Shown: positions 41,478 through 52,805, counted from the first letter of the stretch. The stretch: DNA of 64,000 bases from Sedimentisphaerales bacterium (GCA_963708075.1 OY970194.1:4544001-4608000); one strand, 5' to 3'. Numbers and translations: made by a program. Notes: a model not told the origin generated them from the letters alone.

Positions 41478-41684
41478 GGGTGGCAGCGGCAAGCGGAGCT
41501 TGCCGATGGTGCTGGACGTCTGAGGAACCATAGGCAAGCCGGCGCGTGGTACGTATTGAGCGTGAAGCCTCTCGTTCCCCGGGTCGCACCGCCGGGTGCC
41601 ATGCCGGGTGCCACGCTTACGCTCGCGTAAGCATGCCTTGTCCGTTGAGCTGAACATGTCTACGCAAGCGTAGACATGGCACCC
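41478..41684. repeat. Cluster of REP-like palindromes (GGGTGGCAGCGGCAAG half copy; GGGTGCCA...TGGCACCC type)
   Basis: 41478-41515 matches copy 1; 41594-41684 carries hairpins GCTTACGC..GCGTAAGC and CATGTCTACGC..GCGTAGACATG. Confidence 0.75.
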
Positions 41685-41750
41685 CGCGGCGATAAGGTCT
41701 GACTGCTGAACTTGTCTGTCAGAACTCACTGGGGCGAGCGTCCGCCCCGC

Positions 41751-42629
41751 CTAACGCCGTCTCTTGCTGCCACCGGACACCGTTGTGCGTTTGTGGCTCC
41801 TGCGAGCCGGTGCTTTGTCGGCCGCGGCTCGCCCCTTATGCCGGGCGGGACGCACGACCGCTGCCCTGCGTCCCCTACCGCCTTGCCTGCCAGTCTTCTT
41901 CACCCTGGCACGTGTCCCCTTTCGTCGGCTGTTGGCTTTCAGCCACTGGGCATGGACCTCCTCGCGCCGTTCGACTGGCCACTCCTCGGGAAAGTTCGGC
42001 TGCGCGAAGACGCCGAAGCGCTCCACCGCCGCACGATCATATACCCGCGCCGCCTCGACCTCATCATCAAAGTAGCCAAGGTGAGTACCGTGCCCTTTGA
42101 ACTTAATAGCAGTTTGCCACTTGCCACACCTCCTGCAGAAAGAGACGCCTTTGTACCGCGAACTAGCCCCGGCTCGTTTCGCGGTGTTGTATACATTGTC
42201 CCGACGAGTGCAGATGCGCAGGTTGGTCCGGTAGTTGTTGCACCGGTTCCCATCCCAGTGATCCACGATCTTCCCTTTGGGCACCCGCACGATCTCGCGG
42301 TGCATGAATACCCTCTTGCCCCTCTTACACCGCACGGCATAGCCGTTGACTGAGTGCCATTTCCACTGATTCAGCCACTCGTAATCGGCGGCATCTACCA
42401 GGGCGTACTTGCCGTGGCCTAGGGGGATGCGCCGGACGTCGTCCGGCGGCTCAGGGGATTTCGCCTGAAAATTCCGGCAGGGCACGCCGGGGACATCATG
42501 CATCTGGCCCGGCCACTGCGGGTGGTTCGCACACCGCGGCACCAGCGGCTCGCGGATCCACATGGCCCGCAGCAGCCGCCCCGCCTCGGCGCTCACATAC
42601 ACGCAATTCCAGCACGTCCGCTCAGCCAT
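41751..42629 (-). CDS. HNH endonuclease with C-terminal AP2 domain and N-terminal Cys-rich module
   Basis: IPLGHGKYALVDAADYEWL; VDHWDGNRCNNYRTNLR...N (HNH); SRYKGV...HLGYFDDEVEAARVYDRAA (AP2). Confidence 0.92.
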   Translation of the reverse strand: MAERTCWNCVYVSAEAGRLLRAMWIREPLVPRCANHPQWPGQMHDVPGVPCRNFQAKSPEPPDDVRRIPLGHGKYALVDAADYEWLNQWKWHSVNGYAVRCKRGKRVFMHREIVRVPKGKIVDHWDGNRCNNYRTNLRICTRRDNVYNTAKRAGASSRYKGVSFCRRCGKWQTAIKFKGHGTHLGYFDDEVEAARVYDRAAVERFGVFAQPNFPEEWPVERREEVHAQWLKANSRRKGTRARVKKTGRQGGRGRRAAVVRPARHKGRAAADKAPARRSHKRTTVSGGSKRRR

Positions 42630-42756
42630 CTCGCACCTCCGGAACAGTAGTCGGTAGTCGGTTACCGGTCCTCGCGGACAAGCATCAGAACCGGCCCGCC
42701 CTCTTAACTTCACACTTCAAACTTCCCACATCCAACTCCTTTTATCTGTTCTGTAC

Positions 42757-42785
42757 ATCCTAAACTACCCTCCATTCCGCGTCAA
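42757..42785 (-). promoter_or_regulatory. Sigma-70-type promoter for the HNH-AP2 gene
   Basis: TTGACG-17 bp-TAGGAT on the minus strand. Confidence 0.55.
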
Positions 42786-42916
42786 CTGCAAAATGTCCTC
42801 CGTCACCCGCCGTAACTCCTTACGTCACAAGGAGTAAAGAAATTCCCGGAAAGATTCTGCCACAGAGGGCACAGAGACCACAGAGATTCACACCGACAGA
42901 CGGATAAATCGACTCA

Positions 42917-42985
42917 CGCAGAGACGCGGAGGCGCAGGGAGCTACCCCCACTTCGTTTCAGACTCTGCGCCCCTGCGTCTCTGCG
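42917..42985. repeat. Intergenic imperfect inverted repeat (CGCAGAGACGCGGAGGCGCAG...CTGCGCCCCTGCGTCTCTGCG)
   Basis: Complementary arms visible; preceded by CACAGAG short repeats near 42860-42885. Confidence 0.7.
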
Positions 42986-43105
42986 CGATACATAATTCTG
43001 CTTAGTGACGCGACTTATGTCAGCTTCGTTGAGGATGCTTGCGTGAGCACAGGTTCCGTGCTATCTATCACTGAGAAAGGATTGCACAACCAAAGGCAAC
43101 CGAAG

Positions 43106-43291
43106 ATGATTCGCATACCCACACATCGTGCTCCGACCCATCCGGGCGAAATGTTGCTGGAGGAATTCCTGGGAATGTCCGCCGGCTTCTGGATGGACCT
43201 CCGACTCCGCTGGGACCTGTACCACGCCCACGAGCAGGACCGCAAGGATCTGGAATCCATCGAACCCTACACCGCCGCAACATCACACTAA
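43106..43291 (+). pseudogene. higA: HigA-type antitoxin remnant lacking its HTH
   Basis: PTHPGEMLLEEFL fused directly to GMSAGFWMDLRLRWDLY; the intervening HTH is missing; no toxin gene seen. Confidence 0.75.
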
Positions 43292-43451
43292 CCTGCAACC
43301 GAGCCCCGCCGCGGAAAACAGAGACCATCTTTCGGCAATTTCGGGCCCCCCACAAGCTCGCGCTACAAGCAGCCTTGAGGCTGGACGCCCGACTCCGACC
43401 TTGATGACCCCTCCTCCCTGCTCGACGGTTCGGGCCTCCCACGTTGCGTAC

Positions 43452-43575
43452 AGAACCGCCCCTGAAACAGATGCCCGCTTCGGCGCTGCCGCCGGTTGTG
43501 CCACGAGCTGTAGGCCACTTGCAGCCACTGCATCGCCGCTGAGAATTCCTTATTCAGGACGTGACCCCGTTCTTT
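43452..43575 (-). pseudogene. Fragment of a REP-associated tyrosine transposase (RAYT/Y1) next to a GGGGTCA-type REP end
   Basis: SAAMQWLQVAYSSWHNRRQRRSGHLFQGRF motif; adjacent CAGGACGTGACCCC. Confidence 0.7.
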
Positions 43576-43894
43576 TCCCGGGTGAGGGGGATATAGCGGA
43601 TATCCTCGTTTGGCGCTTCTGGGGCCCGAAGGCAATGGGGTTGCCGTCGAGGCGAGCCAAAGGCCGAATCAGAATCAGGAGAAACCTGGAGCTCGCCCTC
43701 AGGGGAGCGGCGTATACTGGGCGTATACTGGGGATTCACGGAACCGGAGCCGTCGCAACACGGGAATCCGAAAGCCGTTGCGACAGAATCGTGAAATGCC
43801 GCCTACGGCGGTCGTGGGCCAAACGGGATTCCCGTCAAAGGGGAAATCCCGGCTTAGCTACCATGGTCAAACTCAGGAAGAAAGGATGTGCAGT

Positions 43895-44477
43895 ATGTCG
43901 TCAATTCATCGCAGTATTCTGTCGATTCTCATGCTGCCCCTGTTGCTTGTCGTAACGGGCTGCAAATCTACGCCGAAGACTACCCAGCAGCGAGACGAGT
44001 ACCGCACGGACGTCCGGGCGATGGAGCGGTCGACTCTCGATCAGCTTTATGCCCAGCAGCCGGCGGCGCGCGGCGGTCCAGAACGCCGCGGGCTACGCCG
44101 TCTTCAGCAACTTCGGTATGAAGATCCTGGTCGCGGGTGGAGGCAGTGGTGAAGGCGTGGCGGTGAACAACCGCACCGGGGAGGCGACCTTCATGAAGAT
44201 GGCCGAGGTTCAGGCCGGGTTGGGCATGGGAGTCAAGAAGTTCAGGCTGGTCTGGGTCTTCGAGACCCAAGAAACGTTTAATCAGTTTGTGAACAGCGGG
44301 TGGACGCTGGGGGGACAGGCCACTGCCGCCGCGAAAGCGGGCGCAGAGGGAGCGGCTCTTGCAGGTGCGATCCCCGTGAGTACCGGCGTGTGGGTTTATC
44401 AACTCACCGACACGGGGTTGGCGCTCGAACTGACTGCCAAGGGAACCAAGTACTACAAGGACAAGAGTTTGAGCTGA
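43895..44477 (+). CDS. Lipoprotein with lipid-binding SYLF (YSC84-like) domain; frameshift near 44070
   Basis: Lipobox VVTGC; TLDQLYAQQP, then NAAGYAVFSNFG...GGGSGEGVA, QAGLGMG, GTKYYKD. Confidence 0.85.
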
Positions 44478-44764
44478 TACTCCCCCATCCAGGTAAATGG
44501 ATGCGGGGGCCGGTCGGAGCGAACAGCGGGAGCAGATGGCGGGGAGTTCCGGGAGTTCCGGGAGTTCCGGGGACATCTATGAGCAAGCCGTTGTCAAGAC
44601 GGTCGCGGGATTTTTTCGCGGGAATCCCAAACATCTATTCGGCGTCACCCAATCCGGGGCGCCAGTAAACTACGTACGAACCGGCTCCATTCACAATAGC
44701 GAGGTCCGAGGCCTCAGTCCCCACGAGCGGAGTCCGGCACATGATCCCGCAGATCGTCGGGCAG

Positions 44765-44915
44765 AAGGGGTCAGTCCTCGGAAATAAGTATCCACAGGAG
44801 GCGATCTTCGCGGACGACACAGACAATCGGCGACCCGTACAGCGTTGAAGACGGCAGGAACCTACACCTCACAAGACCAAAAGTCATGATACTGAAATCC
44901 GAGGACTGACCCCTT
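44765..44915. repeat. REPIN/MITE-like element with 28-bp imperfect terminal inverted repeats
   Basis: AAGGGGTCAGTCCTCGGAAATAAGTATC (44765-44792) versus the reverse complement of 44888-44915, 3 mismatches. Confidence 0.75.
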
Positions 44916-44997
44916 GGCCTTGTGGCCTTGCAACAAGGCCCCCCATCGCCACGTCAACACCTGCATCCAAAGCCTGCCCCCTTTGTCTCCATAGGGA

Positions 44998-46401
44998 TCA
45001 GTCAGCGACTTTGACACACTTCAACCGGTTCTGGTCTCGGATCAGGAGTTTGCCATCGGCAAGGGCCAGCGGCGCCCAGTTCTGGGTACTGCCTCCAACT
45101 CTTGAAGCCAAAGGATCGTTTTCTGATCCTGTTCCTCCCTCTGCAAGCACCTCTGCTGATGCAAGTGCCTTGAATCCAGATGGATCAGGCTCTATGAGAT
45201 ACAAAGTCTTCCTACCGTCGGTAGCCAGAATCAGACCGTCGACGAGAATCATACTGCCTTTATTGAACTGAGGTGAACGTCCTGTCTTCCACATGATCTT
45301 GCCATCCATGCTCATGCATGTCAGGCCGTCATTTCGGCCATTGGTTCCATACTGAGCATAGAAATAGCCGTTATGCAGTATCGGCGGTTTTGTCTGATCG
45401 CCGAATTCTTCGGTCTTAAACAGTTCTGTTGCGCCGTAGCTGCCGTCTGCCTTCTTTTCGACCTTCAGCATTGTGGCACCGAGTTCATATCCGCCTACAA
45501 CGAGTACTCTGTTATCACCGGCATCCACGGCGCTCGGCACCGAAATGTGACACCGCCACTGATCGTATTTCCAGAGAATCTCTCCCGTAAGGGGTTCTAT
45601 TCCAACAACATTACCCAGAGTTTGAGGCAATCCTCGATTTCCAAAAGGATTAGTAGATGAAATGACCATTGCGACATGGTCTTTTCCGTCTATTTTCACA
45701 ACTGAAGGACTGGCATATGATTCATTGCCGAGATTAGGTGTCTTCCATTTGAGACTGCCAGTACGCTTCTCATAAGCCACCACACCGGCCTGCGGCGCCT
45801 GCGAAGCCAAAATCAGCAAATCGCCGTAAACCAAAGGACACTGCGTAATGGCCCAGATCGGAAAACTACCGGGTCCGCGTGATCCAAATCCCCCCGATGA
45901 GCCGCTTGCGGGTCTACCGCCGAAATCCGTCCACACGTTCTTATTCCAGACCTGTTTGTGTGTGTTTATGTCGATGCAATAGAGATCGCCACAGGGACCG
46001 CACGAATAAACGTGATTGCCGTCCAGGATCGGCACGCTGCGCGAGCCAGGAAACATCACAGATCCGGGAGCATCATAGGCAAAACTCCAGAGTTCCTTGC
46101 CGTTGGAGAGATCTAAACACCGAAGGTTATCACCCACCTTGTCATCCCTGTCGAGCAAATAGACCTTGCCGTCTTTGATGACAGGTCCACCATAGCCTAT
46201 GCCAACAGCAACAGTCCATAGGACTTCTGGCCCCTTCTCAGGCCAAGAGCGCAGAATGCCTTTCTGGGCTGATGTGCTGTTTCGGTTGGGCCCAAGATAC
46301 TGCGGCCAGTCCTCCGCCCAGGCGCTGATAGTGAACAGACAGCAGCAGGCGACGATAGCAAACGCCGGCCCTCGACAGGATTGATTCGACGATGTACTCA
46401 T
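44998..46401 (-). CDS. PQQ-binding-like beta-propeller (BamB-family) protein
   Basis: Signal peptide; EDWPQYLGPNRN, WPEKGPEVLW, SYASP, WAPLALADGKLLIRDQ. Confidence 0.9.
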   Translation of the reverse strand: MSTSSNQSCRGPAFAIVACCCLFTISAWAEDWPQYLGPNRNSTSAQKGILRSWPEKGPEVLWTVAVGIGYGGPVIKDGKVYLLDRDDKVGDNLRCLDLSNGKELWSFAYDAPGSVMFPGSRSVPILDGNHVYSCGPCGDLYCIDINTHKQVWNKNVWTDFGGRPASGSSGGFGSRGPGSFPIWAITQCPLVYGDLLILASQAPQAGVVAYEKRTGSLKWKTPNLGNESYASPSVVKIDGKDHVAMVISSTNPFGNRGLPQTLGNVVGIEPLTGEILWKYDQWRCHISVPSAVDAGDNRVLVVGGYELGATMLKVEKKADGSYGATELFKTEEFGDQTKPPILHNGYFYAQYGTNGRNDGLTCMSMDGKIMWKTGRSPQFNKGSMILVDGLILATDGRKTLYLIEPDPSGFKALASAEVLAEGGTGSENDPLASRVGGSTQNWAPLALADGKLLIRDQNRLKCVKVAD

Positions 46402-46749
46402 AAGACTCCTCTGCATTCTGGTTTATGATCCTTGATGACTCTGTACCGCGTGCAATGGCACCTGTCTACACGAATAGTGGCACGATCAGCCGAGCGGTGA
46501 CAAGATAACGGGACTATTGCCCCCCCATCTCCATCGGCGTCCAGCGGGTCCGCTGTGTACGCAAGGCCATCTTTGGGTCGCCGTCCCAACACTGTAGTAT
46601 CAACCAATCTCGGCCTTATGGGTACGGCAGGACGGCACCTCACCGTCCTGCTGGTGAATTTGCTTGCCCACAGGGCTGGGAGCGGGTAACCTTCACTAGT
46701 GCGAGACCGTATGGCCTCGAGAACACAGGCGCGGGGAGACGCAGCGGCT

Positions 46750-46818
46750 TGTAGGGTGGGGCTTGCCCCGCCGTGAAGCCCATGCTACAGGAAGTGGTGG
46801 GGCAAGCCCCACCCTACA
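46750..46818. repeat. GTAG-type REP doublet
   Basis: TGTAGGGTGGGGCTTGCCCCGCC...GGTGGGGCAAGCCCCACCCTACA. Confidence 0.85.
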
Positions 46819-46863
46819 TCTGGCGTGTCGTGGCAGGTTGAGGAAATCCGAATGCGGGATGGC

Positions 46864-48230
46864 ATGAGACGAGCAGCAGTGAGTGTGGCAGCGGTGTTTC
46901 TGGGGATTCTTCTGGCGGGGGTTCCGCGCGGGCGCTGGGGCAGGAGCATGGCGACTTTCGCGAGATCATCACGCGGGCCAAGTCGGAGGTGTTTCCGGCG
47001 CTGATCTTCGTCAAGCCGATCGTCGAGGACTACGGCAGCGGCGAGAAGAAGCAGCAGGAGGTGTTCGGGTCGGGCGTAATCATCAGTCCCGACGGATACG
47101 CAGTGACGAATTGGCATGTTGTCGACAAGGCCGTTACGATCAATTGCGTCCTGTACGACAAGCAGCAGGTCAGAGCGGAGTTCATCGGGTCGGACCGCGA
47201 TACCGATCTGGCCCTGCTCAAGCTGCCCGCACGCGAGGGCGGCCAGGCTTATCCATGCGCGCGTCTGGCCGACTCGGCCGTGGTCCAGGAAGGCGATTTC
47301 GTCATGGCTTTGGGAAGTCCGTTCGGATTTCAGCGGTCCATCAGTTTGGGGATCGTTTCGAACGCGCAGCGATATATCGGCTTCACGACCGAATACAAGT
47401 ATAACACGTGGATTCAGACCGACGCGGCGATCAATCCGGGCAACAGCGGCGGGCCGCTGATCGATACGAAGGGAGCCATCGTCGGCATCAATACGCTCGG
47501 TGTCGAAGGCAGCGGGCTGGGGTTCAGCATCCCTGCGCCGACGGTGCGGGACACGGTCGAGCGGCTCAAACGCGACGGCAGAGTCATCCGGGCCTACACG
47601 GGACTGCTCCTGCAGGCGTTGAAAGACTTCCAGAGCAACACATTTGTCGCCGGCGAGCATGGCGTGCTGATCGCGGGAGTGGAGGAGAACAGCCCGGCGG
47701 CCCAGGCAGGCATCCGCGCGGGCAATATTCTGTTGAGTGTCGACGCGCAGCCCGTGGAGGGCCTGTATGCGGAGATGCTGCCGGACATCTGGCGGCGGCT
47801 GGCGGATTTGCCCGTCGGCAAGCCTGTGCCGATGGAACTGCTGCGCGGGGGCGAGACGGTCCGCGTCGAGGTCACGCCGGAAGAGAAGGGAAAGCTCGAA
47901 GGCGACGACTTCGATTGCCGCCGATGGAATATGACGGTGAAAGAGATCAACAAGTACCGCACGCCCCGCCTGTACTACTTCCGGCAGGCCGGCGTGTACG
48001 TGCAGGGCGTGAAGTACCCCGGCAACGCCGCCGCGGCGGGCCTGAGCGAGCAGGATATCATCCTGAGCATCGACAAGCAGGCCGTCGCGACTATCGAGGA
48101 CGTGAAGAAGATCTACGGCAAGCTGCTGGAGGACGCGCAGCGGGAGAAGAAAGTAGTGTTCGAGGTCATGCGAAGCGGGCTGCGAAAATGGATTGTGCTG
48201 GATTATCGCCGGGATTACGAAGAGGAATAA
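46864..48230 (+). CDS. HtrA/DegP-like trypsin protease with two PDZ domains; frameshift near 46930
   Basis: Signal peptide MRRAAVSV...; GSGVIISPDGYAVTNWHVV, DTDLALLK, QTDAAINPGNSGGPL. Confidence 0.92.
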
Positions 48231-48232
48231 CA

Positions 48233-50891
48233 ATGAAGACGTGGAAATATCGAGTGCCGGTTCTCGGCATCATTCAACCTTATTCATCCCACCAGGACAC
48301 TTCCGGGGCACAGAGCGGGTGGCATGGGCAAACTCGTTTGCCCGTGGAGCATAGCGAGGGCATCTCTTCGGCGAACTCAGGGCAGGCTTTGCCCTTGTCC
48401 TGCGGAGCCATGGTGGATCGACGCCTGATAAAGCGAGGCCAAGCTGGCCTTGCGACGCAAGGGCGGGACGCCCTCGCCACCATCCGGCCCAGTCGAGACA
48501 GCACCGTCAAACGAGTTTGGCGGTGCCACCCGCTGATTCTCGTGGTAGCGACGGTTGCGCTGTGGGCGGGTCTGAGCGGATCGACACTGCGGGCGGCCGA
48601 GCAGGACAAGGACGTGCCGTGGGAGAAGATCTATCAGAACACCCGGCAGAGCTTTGTAATCGTCAGCTATCATCTGAAGAAGAGCGACCGTCCCGGGCGG
48701 GAAGTTGGATACGCATACGACCGCGACTACGGCACGGTCCTGCAGCGAATCCTCAACAAGAACGCGACCGACGTTCTCGGCGTGATCGTCAGCGACAAGG
48801 GCGAGATCTTCACGTTTGACAGGGACCCGGTGTATATGGATACGGTGGCGAAGATCACCGTCGAGGGCCCGGACGGCACGGTCGTGCCCGCTGAATTCGA
48901 CCGGCTGCTGGTCAAGACCTCCGGCCGCATCCTGCGGCTTCCCGGCGGTCTGCCGGCGGGGTGGAAGGCCCTGCAGTTCGCCGAGGTCGGCGAGATCACT
49001 CCCCGCACGCTGCTGTACGCCGCGACGATGAGGCCGGACAAACAGAACCACGTGTCCATCCGGCCCTGCGAGTACGGTTGCAGTTGGAGGAGCGCCGAGC
49101 CGGGCCAATGCCTTCAAGCGCCCGGCCTCTACTGCATCGGTGTGATCTGCAATGCCGAAGGGATGCCCGTCGGCGTCACCAGCCGCGAGCAGATCGATCT
49201 GGGGTCCGCGGGCGCCGCGTGGAAGGGCAAGGACGTTCTGGCGGACGCGGGTCTGCCGCACGAGCAGCAGATACAGCTTGAAGAGAAATTGAAGCAGGAC
49301 TTCGCGGCCAACCTGTACGAGATCACGATCACGTTCCGGCCGGAGCCGCAGGAGGAAGAGGCGTACGACTTCGGCGGCAGAAGTCCGTTCGGCAGGTACC
49401 AGCGCGGGGGAGGCGAAGGCAATCGGGAGGCGCTCGTGTACGGTTCCGCGTATGCCGAGAACAGGCTGCTCATTCCGGACGCCCTGCCGCGGGAAGCGGT
49501 CGCCGGAATCGATACGATCGCGGTCAAGGTCGGCGATGAGTCGCTGGCCGCACGGTTCGGCGGAGTCCTCAAACAATGCAGCGCCACCGTGATCGAGCTC
49601 GAGGCGGGCAAGCTGCCGCACATCATGGATTTGTCGGCCGCCGCCAGGCTGACGCGGGTCGAGCCGTTCTGGGCGGTCTCCGTGCGCGAGCTCGGCGGGA
49701 TGGATGTGGAAGCGGAATTCAATCGCTGGATGGACGAGCGGCAAGGCTACGGCGATGAATGGTACCCGGCGATGGACCGGCCCCTGCAGACGGGCTGCTG
49801 GCTGCTGGACCACCAGGGAAGGCTGGTCGGTTCTCTACTGCCGGGCGAGACATGAGGAGGATCGGCTGGAGCCGTACCTGATAAGCCGGCAGTCCGGCCG
49901 CTACTCGCAGTATTCCATGCCCGCGTCGGCACGAATGGGCCGCGGCGTGGCGCCCGCGTGGGACCCCGGCTACAGCATAGACACCCGCCCCTTTGAAGCT
50001 GCTGAGCTGGCACGGTTGCTCAACAATCTGCCGGAGAACTCCGATCCGCTCATCCGCCACCTGAGCAAGGACGAGCAGAAGCGCCGGGTCTGGCTGGGCG
50101 TGGAGTACGTGTCGCCGGACAAGGAAATGGTCAAGCAGTTGGGCCTTCGCCAGCCGACCCGCGACGGACGCATCGGCTTGGTAGTCAATCGCGTCTACCC
50201 CGGCTCGCCCGCGGCAAAGCTCGGCCTCGTCGAGGGCGACGTGCTCCTGAACATCGCCGTGCCCGGGGCCCCGTGGCCGATCGAGCTGGCGTCCGACGAA
50301 CGCGGCGAATTCGAGATGCCCGACTTCGAAGAAGCGGACGTGCCGAAGGAATTCCAGGCAATGGGCATCCCGATTCCCCGCAAGCGGCCCTGGCCGAGCC
50401 AGGACAACTATCTGACCCGCATGCTCGCGGACATCGGCGCCGGAACGACCGTGACGCTCTGCTATCTGCACGACGGCCAGAAGAAGGAGCAGGAGTTCAC
50501 CATTGAGCAGGCCCCGAGGGACATGCTCAGCGCCACCAAATACAAGAATGAGAAGCTCGGCCTGACGGTCAAGGAACTGACGTACGAGGTGCGCGCGGCG
50601 CTGCGGCTGCAGGAGAATGACGCGGCCGTGGTCATCACCCAGGTCGAGCAGGGCACACCGGCCGCCCTGGCTCGCATCAACGGCTACGAGCTGATCCGGG
50701 CCATCGATGGCGAGCCCGTCGCCGGCGTCGAGGCGTTCGAGAAGCTGATCGCCGCCGCACAGCAGCAGAACAAGGAATCGGTGCGGCTCACCGTCGAATG
50801 GATGGGCAAGACGCGCCTGGCCGATCTGAAGTTCGAAGCCGCCCCCGCCGGCCCGGGCCTGCTCCGCTCCATCCTCGGCGGCCAGGAGTGA
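48233..50891 (+). CDS. PDZ-domain protein with probably degenerate protease-like domains; frameshift near 49835
   Basis: GAGG RBS and ATG 3 bp after the htrA stop; RVWLGVEY, VYPGSPAAKLGLVEGDVLL, second PDZ; no GNSGG motif. Confidence 0.75.
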
Positions 50892-50895
50892 AACC

Positions 50896-51180
50896 ATGCT
50901 CGTCGGCGTCATGAAGGTACAGGTCTATATGCACGGGATCACCTCGCTCAAGGATAAGCGGCACATCATCAAGAGCGTGATCGGCCGGCTTCAAAGCCGA
51001 TTCAATATCTCCATTTCCGAGGTGGAGCACCAGGACAGCAAGGCCACCGCGGTCTTCGGCATCGCCGTCGTCTCCAACGACGCGGTCTTCATCGACAAGC
51101 AGCTCGACTCGATCCTCGACTTCATGCGCAACGACGGCCGCTTTTACCTCGGCCCCGTCGAGCGCGAGGTCTTCTCGTGA
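50896..51180 (+). CDS. DUF503 (YlxP-like) protein
   Basis: MLVGV...SLKDKRHIIKSVIGRLQSRFNISISEV...QD. Confidence 0.9.
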   Translation: MLVGVMKVQVYMHGITSLKDKRHIIKSVIGRLQSRFNISISEVEHQDSKATAVFGIAVVSNDAVFIDKQLDSILDFMRNDGRFYLGPVEREVFS

Positions 51181-51187
51181 GTGAGCG

Positions 51188-52661
51188 GTGACAACATCAG
51201 ACACAAACATCATAGATCGATTAGCTGCCCCTGAGAGCCTCCTGGGCATGCTCCAGCGAGGCCGTGGCGCCGGCTATCTCGCCGCCTTAGACGCCCCGCG
51301 AGAGACCGTGGGGTCCCTGCTCATCGAGTGCATCACGAACGACCCGAGACTCGACCAGCAGTGCGAGGACAGAGCCGAATACTATGCGTCGCTGATTCTC
51401 GCCACCGGCATGGACCTCGCGCCGATTTATTCCCTCGTCAAGCAGAACGACAACCAGGAGGACGATCTCACCGTCACGTCAACCCTGCCTATGGAGACGC
51501 TCACGGCTCTGGCGGAGCGAGGCAGCGGGGACGCCGTGCAGATGCTGCGTGACTACGTCTCTTCCGGCTCGGATTGGACCGACGTCGTCATGTTCCTGGG
51601 GCGTCTTGGGGAGCCGGCGGCTTTGGACGGCATGGATGAGGCAGTGTGCCACCGTATCATCTCCAATCCGGCCATTCAGGCAAAGTTCAAAGCAGCAGTA
51701 GCGAACGATTGGAGATGGTACTGCGGGTGTGACGCAGAGGACCGCCGCACGTGGTCCCTGATTCTGCCGATATGCGAGCCATGGAAGACACTCTGCCGGA
51801 GAAACAGGAAGCTTGCTGACCTCTTCGAGGATGTTGGGATTCCATATGATCAGCCGCCACCTCCCAGGGAGAGGCTGTCTGATGCAGCCGCGGCTGCCTT
51901 TTCGCTCGACGAGATGTTTGCCTGCGTAGACAAGTTCAACTGGGGACCGTTCCGGCGGGTCCTGCCGGAGAAGGTCTCGCCGGGGGACGAGGACTTGCTC
52001 CTGGAGAACCTGTCCTCGGATGATATGTACCGTGCGATCCTTGCATTTCGAGGGCTGGCCAAGCTGGGCACGCTCAAGGCCTTCGAGGCAGTGAAACGGT
52101 ACATAGAAGACAGCGAGGACGCCAAGCACGCGGTGCGCAGGCACGCATTTATGGCAATCGCCGAGATGCCCGGCTCACTGACTCTCGACACCGGGCGTCA
52201 GTGGTTCCGGCGCAAAGAGTGGTACCTGCATGTTCCCGGCGGCGACATACTTGAGAATCACGCCACGCTTGAAGATGTGCCTCTGCTAATCGAAGCCCTG
52301 CGGACTCCCGAGACCGTCCGGCGTGAGGATTTCCGGCTGGGCGGCGCACTGGATGCTCTGGCTCGATTCGGCGGGATTGGGTCGATTCCTGAGGTTGAGC
52401 AGATCTTCTGCCAAGCCCCAAGCTGCTTCGACAGATGTCGCGCCGCCAATGCGATGGCCGTCACGGCGCCCGCCCGGTTCTGCAGCCAATACGCCTTCGA
52501 GTGCCTTTGGGACTGCCACTGGAACACCCGCGTGCTCGGCTGTGAGAACCGTGAGCCTTTCGAGGCCAGGCGCTCTTGAACGACTCAAAGAGATCGCTGA
52601 CGACACCTGCGAGAGCGACAGCGTACGGCAAGCGGCACAGGAGAGATTAGAGGGGCTCTAA
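51188..52661 (+). CDS. Hypothetical HEAT-repeat-like protein; frameshift near 52545
   Basis: LLGMLQRGRGAG...DPRLDQQCEDRAEYYA; helical repeats; C-terminus continues in ORF 52323..52661. Confidence 0.65.
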
Positions 52662-52751
52662 AGACGACGGGAGCCGACGCACTTCCAGCCCCCGTGATGT
52701 TTGTCCTGTGACAACTGCTATTGAGCAACTCCCGGCCGGGTGAAGATGGCT

Positions 52752-52792
52752 GGACGGGCTCGATGGCTCGCTCTCAGGCCCCGAGCCCGTCC
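52752..52792. terminator. Hairpin between convergent genes
   Basis: GGACGGGCTCG...CGAGCCCGTCC 11-bp stem just past the hsp20 stop. Confidence 0.5.
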
Positions 52793-52805
52793 GTTTGGCA
52801 GGAGC

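Noticed and set aside
41751..43635. Prophage or intact transposon
   Set aside because: No integrase, structural genes or complete transposase; only an HNH-AP2 gene and relics
44540..44575. GGGAGTTCC x3 tandem; also GGTCCTAT-type repeats near 10769-10801 and ACTTCA-type repeats near 42705-42726
   Set aside because: Short intergenic simple repeats with no supportable function
47408..48232. N-terminal 275 aa of the 815-aa ORF
   Set aside because: Overlaps htrA in another frame; the likely start is ATG 48233 with an RBS
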